Assembly (NCBI RefSeq): GCF_964204645.1
Contig: NC_134026.1
Coordinates: 8,207,950 to 8,271,949 of the forward strand
From: Tubulanus polymorphus
Taxonomy: Eukaryota; Animalia; Nemertea
Length of the DNA stretch: 64,000 nt
Direction: 5' to 3'
Below are positions 24,967-35,900 of this stretch, piece after piece (position 1 is the stretch's first letter; each line of letters begins with the position of its first letter). The notes beneath the pieces were generated by a model, which saw nothing but the letters and a program-made list of their open reading frames with translations, did no database searches and was not told the DNA's origin. The position numbers were made by a program, and so were the translations under genes.

Positions 24967-27900
24967 ATGGTGTTCTTTAACTGTAATGCGTGCGGTGAAA
25001 GTATGAAAAAGAACCAAGTCGACAACCACTGTCGAAAATGTCGCAATTGTCAGGTGGTGTCATGCGTTGATTGCGGAAAAGAATTTTGGTAAATATCTCA
25101 GTCTGGGTCAAGAAAAGTATTGGGATGGGACGTTTCCCTATGGGTTAAAATTCGACTGCAAATTTAAGAAAGAAAATATTCAATCCACTGGAACACAGCA
25201 ACTCAAACCGGATCCTTTCAACTTGACTTGAGAGCATATCAGGTGGTCTAGCTCAGTCAGTTTTGGTGCTACATACTTGATAAAAGTCTTATTAGAACTA
25301 GAAAGGACTGGCAGTTCACCTAAAACATAGATTTCTAATCCATTTTAGACTGTTTTGAAGGATATCCAAAAAGTCTTGAATGAAAGGGGTTAAAAAGAGG
25401 AAAGTGACTACATGATTTGAAAGTTTAACAACATTTTTATATATGAAAACATATCGTTAAACTTTTAAAATCATTGAGTCTCTTTTCTCTCATGAACCCC
25501 TTTCATCTCTCACGATTTTGATAGATTTTACAAAAAACCTAGAAAGATCAGGAAATTTGGGTTTCTTTATAAATATGCGGTTAATTAAAAAGAATGATTT
25601 GTAACATTTTAAACTAAGAAATTCGTCGGATTTACTCGGGGAATTTTCTAGGAAAACAGGGAATTTGTGTCAGTTAGTGGAAAGAAGCCACCCTGTATTT
25701 GTTTTAAAAATTGTTTCATTCTTTTTCTATTTCATTTACAGGGGTAACGATTACAATGAACACGTAAAGTGTATCAGCGAACAGGAAAAATACTCTGGGA
25801 AAAATTACAAACCGACTGTCAACAAGGGTGAAGTGAAACAGTCAGCTTGGATAGACGTAAGGATTAACTGTACTGTCAATTCCCAACCCCCTATATACCT
25901 CTCACATCGATGATTTAGGATTTAAAGCGGTTGGCTGCATATCAGGCTTTTACCCTTTCGCTGCGTCACTGTGGTGTGCTGGGGTCCCCAGGTCAAAAAT
26001 AAAAAAATTCAAATTAAAGAATACCATTAATTTTTTTGGGCTGTATTCATTATGATATTTCCTGATGTTTCTTCGATGAAAATAACTAGAAATATTGAAT
26101 AAAAATTTTTATCAGATGCAATGAGCCTTGCAAATGCCGATGGCGCACATCAAATGCCTATTTTATGACAAGCCCAGCTCGTCCTATGCAGTGAACGGGT
26201 TACGTTTGACTAGTTCCAAAACAAAACACAGATGTTCTATTCTTAGAAACTTTGTGTTAGGCGGGTTTGGCAGTTTATCGAAAGCTAGGTGGTGTATTAG
26301 GGATTGCTAAAGCCTGCTTGATCTTTGTCACATTGTTTTGTAATCTGAATTCTCAAAAGTTGTTGATCTTTCTTTGCAGCAATGTCAGAGAGCCATCGAT
26401 AAACATAAAAACGACATCCAACTGAAAGACTTACTCATACGACTTCAGTCGTATCCAAATATTCCTCGCAAGAAAGCTAAATTTCTGGTACGGATATTTA
26501 TTTCCTCGCGATCGTTCTACTAAAGTCCATTTTGCCGTCATCTTACCAATATCTATTAACTGATTCATCAATTCTTTTCAGAACTTTGCCAGGAGTAGTT
26601 TGAATTTGAAATTCAAAGAATATCTAGTCGGGAAACTTTGGGAGGTGCTCGAAGCTGAAGCTAATATAGATAAACAGGTAAACCGATGATATCAAGATAC
26701 ATTCCAATCTATGCCACATGCAATTACTCTGAGCTAGGTGTTGATGAATTTTTTCTCACCATTGTTTCCAAATTTTAAATTTTAAAACATTTTGACGAGG
26801 GGAGGGTGGTCTCTGACCTAGAAAACTCAGGTAATCAGAAAAATCATGAAAAACCAGGGAAAACTCAGGGAAATTTATGTTATCGGCTACACTTGTCTTT
26901 ATCAATGCGCGATTCATTAAAAATGATTAAATCTTCTCATTTTCGACAAAGAAATTCCTTGGATTTACTCGGGGAATTTTTTGTATTATAACATGGAAAA
27001 ATCTGAGAATTCGTAGATTTGTGGAAAGTTGCTACCCTTGTGGGGATAGGATGATTAGTGCTTTGCAAGAAGATTTGAAAAGATTGGGAAAATGAAACTG
27101 TATCGTTGAAATTTGGGTTAAGCAAATTGAGGATTGTGCTAGCCTTTGTCTATTGCCAGAAAAGAAGTTAACAGGATTTGTCAAAGTCATGTTAGTTAGT
27201 TGGAATTTTGTATTCTAACAGAAAGCCGAAGCTGAGAAGGCCGAGAAAGGCGTAGAGCCAGAAAAAACTACAACGGTGACACAAACACCTGAAGAGACTC
27301 GAGTAGAAGCTCCTACCGAAAACGATGAAAACACGACAAAGAAAAAGAATAAACGCGAGAAAAAGGAAGAAAGAAGCGGAAAGAAAGCATCGAAAAAAGA
27401 GAAGAAAAATTCCGATCAACACGACCAAGCGGAGGAGAACGGTGAGAAAAAAACGAAGAAAAAGAGGAAACGAAAGCACGACTCGGAGAGCGAGGAGAAT
27501 GAAGGGGTGACCACAGAAGCTAAGAGAGTTAAACGTGATGATACCGACGCGGAACAGGTTTGTATTCGTCAAAGTCTCTTCAGGGAAAAAAAGTTTACAC
27601 AACCTTGATATTGGAATCTAAATCTACCGTTACCCTGAGGGATGAAATTTTGAAATGGAGATCTGGGAGATTCCTTATTAGTTTTGTTTTGATACACCAC
27701 GCATTAGTCAGAATTGGATATTTGAAAATTGTTGAATTTGATTTTGAGGTTGACTCTAACTCAAAGGCGTCCCCAAGGGGGTGCGGGGGTAGCGGACGCA
27801 CCCCCTTTTCGAGATAGCGTACTTTTCAAGATACTATGTAATCAATGTTCAAGATTTTTCTTGCGAATTTGACTAGACTTTTAACTCTAATGATTCATTT

Positions 27901-30900
27901 AGAGCCTGGAAAATATCTCTAGCTAAAGCCTCCAATTGTCACAAAGTGTTTTTGGGTAGGCTTACCAAACACCCAACATTGTGGATAGGTCTACTCTACT
28001 GGATTGATGCTTATTCGAACCCCCTATGAAAATTCCTGGGGACGCCTATGTAACTCTTAACTTGCTTTGTTACTACCCTCCAATTAACTAGTGTTTTTCT
28101 CCCTGGGTCTTGTAATGTGAAAGAAGATTTGTTTGTTACAGTTTCATGACTTATTGTCCGAAATATATTGTAGAAGCCTGTCGAAAATGGTAAACATAAA
28201 GAAAAGAAGAAAAATAAAACGAGTCAGTTAGATACAAGTATAGCACCGAATACAAATCACGACCATCCAGTTGAACCAGACACAGGTGAGATATGGAACG
28301 ATACTAACTCAAGAAATGCCCAAAACTCCTTAAAAACTCCTTCAATTTTGAGAAATAGGCAAATTGTACTACTACGCCTACACCTTAATGGGTACAGTTG
28401 GGACCAGGTGATAATCGAATTAGAACCCATGTTTAGAAGTGTAAATGATAATTGTCGATAACAAAACCACCAAATTAATGGTTTACCAAGATAAACGGTG
28501 GCTATTTAGGAGTCTCCTGTAATTGGGATATAAAAGTGATGCAGACACTTCCTCGAAATCTAAAACTTTTTTCCTTTAAAACTCCTTATAACCTGGATTG
28601 ACTGATCAATAGGGACCCTAATGGATGCCCAGCATTTACAGACCAGTTTTAACTTCAACCGAATTTGCCAATAGTTGAAAATCAGATCAGTTTGGAAAAA
28701 TAACAAGACTTTGATAACTTGTGCTGTACCGGTATTATTCTTCAGGTGATAAGTGTAGTAAGAAATTCAACTGGCTGAAGACGATTGTCAGTCTGTTAGA
28801 ACACAAGTCTGATAAAGAGATGGGAATAAACAAGCTGAAAAAGAAAGTGAGTGGATTGATACATAGATTATTTACAGTATTTTACACTTGTTGACTCAAG
28901 GCTGGTCGAGCTGGGCAATGGTTTTGCAGATGATGATTCGTTCATGAAGGTTTTTCAGCTAGGTTTGCTCCCATCTCCCCGAAAACGTATTCTGTGATGG
29001 ATTATGAAACAGCTGCGTCTTAAACACTAGGATCTGTAAACATTCATAAACAAAGTGACTCAATTCACGTGGATCATGGTACCGGAAAACAATGGTCTCA
29101 AATAGTCCCAGAGTCTTTGAAACGGAACCATTTTACAAAGTTTCTCTGGGGATGACCCCGAAACCCTTGAAAAAATGCGAATTTTTTGGTTGACACCTTG
29201 CGCCATCAGATATGGGCCGGGCCAATCAATGTCAACTCGCTTCAGACCAGTGTGGACCAGCCGTACCAGTGAAAATCAAACCCACCCTACTTCCAATTTT
29301 GAATTGCCAAATACACTAACACTTTAAAACAGCCATCGTACAGACTTCACATACTGATGCATGCAGGCTGCAGATGAATACTTACAGTCAACTCCCGAAA
29401 TGCCATTCACATCAGTGCAGAACAATTTTGGTGGTATAGAGAGTATGGCGGTATATCGGGGGTGTTTTACTTTGTTAGCCCACTTGGGACTTTAGTCCCA
29501 CTTGGGACTTTAGTCCCAGCGGGCTATTGCGTTCACTTTTTGTCCGTCGTCCGTCCGTTCGTCCGTCCGTAGACGGAATCCAGTTATTTTGGGAAGTTTT
29601 GAAGACACTTCAAGGTAATGTCTTGATATTTGGTTTATACATGTTTCTACCCTAGACACATCTTCAGCCCAAGAACTGGCCCTATCAGAATCAAGATGGC
29701 CGACTGGCAGCCATTGTTGTTCGCCAAAATCAGGACTTTTTACACATTTTCGAAGTTTACGAGGGAAACTTTGAAGACTATATGATCTTTCGAATATATT
29801 TGAATCTACCAAGGGCCCATCAGCATAAGAAAAATTGGGTCCATCTGACTCAAGATGGCCGTCCTATGACCTTTTTAGTGCCCAAAAATGTCAATTTTGG
29901 CCAGAATTCTAGGTCCTGTAGCTTCCTACTGGTTTGCCATTTCTCATTGCAATTTGTGATGGGTATTCTTTGTAAAGGGATGTTTTATACCTGAGATAGG
30001 TATTTTTGATCCGCCAATTATGACGCAATTGGCGGCCATCTTGGTGTCATTAGTACTCATTCGTAGGTGGGAAAAAGTTTTTCGACATTATATTGTTACC
30101 TAAGCATATTTTGTTACAACAATGAATTAGAAAGTTGTAGCGTATAACGTGTTCTATGATTGGGGTGAGTTTCAAGTTCATTGTTTTTTGTATATGGCCA
30201 CCAGGGGGCGTTGAATAATACAATATCTTAGTATTTCTATATTATATTTGTACCAATACATATTTGCAATCAATTGCAAAGTTGTAGCTCATGACATCAT
30301 CTATGATTGTGGTGAGTTTTAAGGAAATTAGTCTATATGGTCACCAGGGGGCGTTGAATAGTAGAATAACCTGGTATTTCCTTATTATATTGGTACCTAG
30401 GCATATTTTGTTACCATGATCAATTGCAAAGTTGTAGTTCATGACATGTTCTATGAATATGGTGAGTTACAAGGTTATTGGGTTTTGAATATGGTCACCA
30501 GGGGGCGTTGAATAGTAGATTAACTTAGTATTTCCATATTAAATTAGTAACGAGGCATTTTTTGTTATCACAATCAATTACAAAATCGTAGCTGCTGACG
30601 TGTTTTATGATAGTATTGAGTTTCAAGGTCATTGGTTTTTGTATATGGTCACCAGAGGGCGTTGAATATTGAAATTGTTAGATTGTTGAGCATTTGAAAC
30701 CACTTCCCAAGTGGGCATGGTGTCCCTGGACCCCTAGTTTTTGTTTAGAGGTGGGGGTGGCAGTAAATGGGAGGGCGGTAAGAAAGGATTGTTGTTTTTT
30801 ATACTGGTGTATGCATACTTATTTCTGTTATGTAGGTGATAGCAGAGTACATGGAAAAAGGCGGCAAACGAACGAAGTCGGAACACGAACTATGGGCTAA

Positions 30901-30976
30901 ATTCAGTCATAAGATCAACGCGCATCCGCGATTTAAAGTGTTAAAAGAACGCGTGAAACTGGTGGACGAGGGTTGA
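24967..30976 (+). CDS. LYAR: Cell growth-regulating nucleolar protein LYAR, 8 exons, ~376 aa
   Basis: Exons 24967-25088, 25742-25856, 26380-26487, 26582-26677, 27222-27557, 28174-28285, 28746-28846, 30836-30976 (1131 nt). MVFFNCNACGESMKK..H..C and SCVDCGKEFW..HVKCISEQEKY (two LYAR C2HC fingers), NIPRKKAKF, Lys/Glu-rich middle, C-terminal KFNW...KLKKKVIAEY...PRFKV. AATAAA at 31076. Confidence 0.96.
29472..30740 (+). mobile_element. Non-autonomous Helentron/DINE-1-like (HINE) element in LYAR intron 7
   Basis: 5' TTAGCCCACTTGGG with a short duplication, (GTCC)n microsatellite at ~29543-29570, internal ~150 bp tandem repeats, 3' subterminal inverted repeat CCCAAGTGGG, short GC hairpin (GTCC-CT-GGAC) and CTAGTT end; inserted in a T run inside a Tc1-type MITE. 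Confidence 0.78.
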
Positions 30977-31917
30977 AGAATGCGGTGTATGGTTTAAACG
31001 ATGCATTTATTATATAAGGTGGATGCGTGAATGCAAGTGCGAGGTTGTGTGAAAACATTATGTTAATGTTTTATGAATAAATATTTTAAAGATGAATTTG
31101 ATAATATTGTCATATGTTATGGTGGATTTCCGATTGTTCTTGAATCTTCGGAACCTTTTCGGTAAGCTGCAAGTTGCATTGAACTCTACGATGAATTTGA
31201 GGCGAGGCTTGGATTTGCTGATGCTAGAGGCAGAAAGAAATGGGGATAGAATTAATGGCTGAAAAGGGAAACTGGCAAAAACGAATACAAGCGATTTAGG
31301 AAGGAATTACATGGGCATGAATTCGTTAAAAATGTGGGAATGAATGAACACCCATTGTGCTGTAGATTCCGCTTGATACGGATCATTTGGGACAAACAAA
31401 ACGATATATAAGTATATGAAATATCAATGAACAAAAGGTGCTGCCGCTATGCTCGTCGTAAGCGGATTTTTTGTACACTAACATGAACCGACTCTGCCAA
31501 TCAAATAGACCGGTTGCCGCGGAATTGTAGTGAAAGACTGGTTGCCTGAGCTCTCGTTGGATTGCCAGAATCGGGCATCAGGACTCCAAATGAAAAAAGA
31601 GGAAAATTCGACGTTTTTCTCCGTTCTGGCGTTACGTGTCTTTTTGCGAATTTTACGTTTTGCCCAAATCAGTCAACATACCGGTGCCTAAATAGCAAGC
31701 AGTCGACAAAAGACGGGCGCGCTCCATTTTTGACCAAACGTGCACTGAGACCATTAAAAAACTATACAATTATTAATTTATTTGGACGGAAGCTGGTGCT
31801 TCCCCGTATGTCTCACACCCTCTTCCCTCCCCCTCAGTCGCCCCCTCTCCAGAAGTACACCGATGAAAACCGTATAAACCCTGGACTAGTATCTGATTCA
31901 AACTAAACTCAGGAAAC

Positions 31918-32374
31918 TATGGTGGCTGATTCGGGCCATGTAAAAAAAATCACAGACGTTGCAAATCTTTTTTTTACAGACGCTTACAAGTCATTTTATT
32001 GCGCAATAAAACGAAAATTACTACTCAATAACGTAAAAAAACCACGATAAAACAGGACATTTTCGTTTCTTCGTTTTATTGTCGCGTTCAAACGAAAAAA
32101 TAGCGATATAAAACGCGAAAAAACGACGTCTCGATAAAATGGAAAACAAAAATTTCCGTTTTCTCCATTTTCCCTTTTAATTTGGCAAGAAAACGAAAAG
32201 GTGACGATAAAACGACTTTTTCTCGTTTATCGCGCGATAAAACGAAAATATACCGTTTAATCATGGTTATTTCTCGTTTTAATGCGTGATGAAACGACTT
32301 TTAAGCGTCTGTAAAAAACCTTGCATTCTCTGTGCTTCTTATTTACGCGGCCCGTGCCCGAATCAGCCACCATA
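31918..32374. mobile_element. MITE with 19-bp TIR TATGGTGGCTGATTCGGGC
   Basis: Perfect TIR pair (GCCCGAATCAGCCACCATA at right); internal GATAAAACGA / TCGTTT repeats; the same end occurs in intron 1 of both SLC43A3 copies (~5603, ~14417). Confidence 0.8.
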
Positions 32375-32450
32375 AGATTCTATTCAAAAAGGTTCATTTT
32401 GAACAAACTCTGAGTGGGGATGGATAGAAGCATTCTGCCCGAAACGTCAG

Positions 32451-32589
32451 GGCCCAGTTGCACAGTCGTGACTTAAGTCCAAAATTGGTCTTAAATCTTA
32501 AGACTGGTCTTAAGTTGTTAGATTGAGTATAGAACTAAGTTGGTCTTAGACCAGTCTTAAATCTAAGCCATGACTATGCAACTGGCCCC
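32451..32589. mobile_element. PIF/Harbinger-like palindromic MITE; relatives at ~20273-20392, ~36737-36800, ~38248-38364, ~39125-39251, ~57788-57914
   Basis: GGCCCAGTTGCACAGTCGTGACTTA ... TAAGCCATGACTATGCAACTGGCCC with CAG flanks. Confidence 0.72.
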
Positions 32590-32938
32590 AGGATCACAGA
32601 ACGTGTAGTCATTTGATCACTTTGGTGGTTTTTATGGTATAGTTTACGAAGCTCCTTGAGGGGTTATTTCCACGTTAAACCAGCACGTGAGGCGCATATG
32701 ACGCGCGATTCTCGTATATTGGGTTCGACTCAAACCTACTTTATTGCTTCGGCTAATGATGAAATGAAACCCTGACAAGCGAGGACTTTCCGGTCGGTCC
32801 TACAGGGAGTCAACTGGAAGACATTCTTAGGCAAAAAGGGCAACCTTAAATAGAAAGGTAACTCAGCCCCCGTAATAATGAGCTTAGGGATTAAGAAATA
32901 TCAAGGAACAAAATATTTGTTGAAATTTTGTAAAATTT

Positions 32939-35900
32939 TTTATTTATTGCTTTCTTAAATCGACCCTGTACAAAATATCTATGACTTTGGTCATATACTA
33001 TGACAATGACACTACAGTAAAACATAAACATTGATTGTCCTATGTTACAAGCAGCTATGCAATCAAAGAATATATTTACACATATATTGTTTATTGGACC
33101 ATAGTTGCCGCCATTAGAATAAATATGTCTTAATAATTTTTCTTTTTTTTGGAAATTTAGTACCTGCATAAAAGCATTCATCGTGATAAGGGATAATGCA
33201 GGCGGTGCTTTTGTACAGATTCAGGTACCAATACATGCTTAAATAACTAAATCCTGGCTCGAGTAATTTTCTGGAACCCGTCTCACAATTATTGATATCT
33301 ATATATAAGTATAACAATTCGAATTTTCAAAAATACAAGTCAGCAGAGTTGAATTTCAACTCAAAACTGTTGAAATTGCTGTTGTATTGGTACAAATTTC
33401 AGGAATAATATCTGCTATATAGAATATCCCCTAAAGTCGACCAAAATATCTAAAAGAATTTCGTCGACAACTATGGCCCACTAACGGCATCTCTGTCCCC
33501 AAAAAAGCTACAGTAACATATACAATATGATGCACGAAATGGTTTTGAAATACAGACCCTGGCTTCCGGAACAAAAAAATAAAAATCTCAATCAATGAGT
33601 TTAAAAAAAAACAACAAAAATGTCATCAAAATAATCATTTTACATATAGAAGAATAGATAGAATGAATTAGATTTCGCGTAAAGCCTTATAGTTTATTTC
33701 TAATTTCGAAATGTTTGCTTTAAAATCAATTAAACTACGACCCTGTTCTTCGATTACGTAATAAAATCAAACGTTTTGGACACTGGTGGTTAGAATATTC
33801 ATCCCATCATTAAATTTAATGAGTGGCTATACTTAGATGTATGTCTGGTTAGATTTGCTAGATTGACGCGGGTCTACAATCTTAAGTTCGGAAATACAGG
33901 AACCGCCGACGCCAACATTACTCATATTAATGAATCGTTTTTCAATCAAAACCGCTATTTCATCCATACACCAACGCCGATATACGAATACACGTATATA
34001 CCATGCGATGTATATACATTTATTTATATATACCCTGTTGACAATTATTATATAACGAATCTTCTTATTTTAAACTATATGGAATCACAATAATACACAA
34101 AGACGTGGAAGCATAAAAAATACAAAATAAATTATTTGGTTTGTGTCACCGTCTATTTACACAGACTCGCCGTTATAGAAGTACGCGCGAAACATTTCTA
34201 TTCATTTTCACGTTCTTCGTAATTGTACGAGTATACTTTCTTTCATATGATTATTTACAGTAATTCATTTCGTTAATCAGAGAGCTGTCATGGATATTTT
34301 TATCGGATTTTAGAATACTCATATTATATATATATATATTATGATAAAGCTATCACACGCGAATCTAGAGCCAAAATGCAGAAATCGTCCGCACGCGCCA
34401 CACGCGACTGGTGCTACATTTGTTTTTACACAAAAATATCGTAGAAACTTTCATATATCAATATTTATAGAGCAACGCAACTGCGAAAGCAACACATATT
34501 CCATACCGCCGTACTTAATTCGTTGAAATCATCAAATCGTCTTTAAGCAACGCCGACGATGAAGATACAAAAATGGAGAGCTACAATAGTTCGATAGAGA
34601 CGATTGGAGGGAACATTCTAGAAAAATCGCTAAATTTCTTTTAAAAAACTGTATTTTCATTTCGAATATATTGTTCTTTACGAAAGTTTTATTGCTTTAT
34701 ATACGCGGTGTGCATACGTTACTATTATTGCATGTGCAAATGACAACGGAAATTTGAAATTATCTATTTGTTGGCCGGTGCAAAATCTATACCAAAACGT
34801 TAAATTCATGGGGCAGAGTCACCAATTTTACTTGAAGGGAGTAGGATTACATTTACTAGCTAGATATATAAATAGTGCCCGCGTACGCATTCTTATTTGA
34901 CTATTTGATATAATTATTCTCTCCTAAGATTATTGAGAATGGGAAACGTACAAATATGATAAATGCAATGATTTCTACGCGAAACGCCCAGGAGTTGATA
35001 CTTGGAGAATTTTAAGGTATAGTAATGCATCGACGTTGGAGATACATATCAGTAACACATCTTTTTGCGTGTTCTTTTTCCATAAAAATTCCGGTCTTTC
35101 TATGTTTTTTTCTTTCAGTCCGAAAATATTCAATATCCGCCATTATCCATTATAACGTCTTTCCTTATAGCGTAGGAAGTTGTTTAGAATTTTCTTCGAG
35201 TTTTGGTACCGGACTAAAATATGATAGATATTGATGAAAAAAACTTCTAATTAGAATTACCCTGTAGATTAAAACATACTTTTGAGGTCGCGGTCATATC
35301 ATAATGAACGAGCCCGGTGTATTAAGTAAGAGAAATCGGATGCCCCCGGCCACCGCTGAACTCATCATCCATAGAAAATCCAAAGGAAATCACGGAAATA
35401 CGGTATCGCCGAGGTAGCAGACGTATTTTCAATTACCAGCATGACATTATCAATCACATGAAACCAATTGACTGGAACTATCATTATTTTACCAGTGCGG
35501 GGAAGGCACGGCTTATAACGAGAGAACGAACGAGGAAAAAAAATCATTCGCATTTCATACATCAGTAATCATAAGTACTTAATTTTCTAAGTACAATCAC
35601 TACAATATATGTTTATATATATATATATATATATATATAGGTATATGTATTAGTATACATCACAAAAATACAGGAAAACAATACTATCCGTCGCGAAGAC
35701 GATCGAAATAAAAGTGCCACGATTAGAATTTAGAAAATTAAATCGTATCGTTACTTTAACGGAATGCTGCCTCGTTGTACTAGGGGGCAGCCGATAGTCG
35801 GTATCAATACACAAGTTATGCCTTCTTAAAACTAAACGCGGCCTTATAGTCTATTGTAGTAGGATGCCTACTATATACCTTGTTTTTCAATTACCCTGTG

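Noticed and set aside
24430-24967. WDR34-LYAR operon with trans-splicing at TTTTCAG (24934-24940)
   Set aside because: A cis donor (GTAAGC at 24724) and promoter-like motifs lie in the gap, so an ordinary 5'UTR intron suffices.
27192-27602. Hydrophobic minus-strand ORF
   Set aside because: Antisense of the Lys/Glu-rich LYAR exon 5.
28921-29043. Intronic C/D box snoRNA in LYAR (ATGATGA at 28930, terminal stem TTTGCAGAT/ATCTGTAAA, C'-like GTGATGG)
   Set aside because: No canonical CTGA D box next to the 3' stem and no rRNA guide that I could verify; a snoscan/Infernal run would be needed.
30195-30665. CRISPR-like regularly spaced repeats
   Set aside because: The spacers are homologous to one another (tandem repeat), the context is eukaryotic and there are no cas genes.
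35258-35330. miR-10 gene (starts TACCCTGTAGAT)
   Set aside because: Identity stops after 12 nt and no star arm or hairpin follows; better read as an extended target site on the opposite strand.
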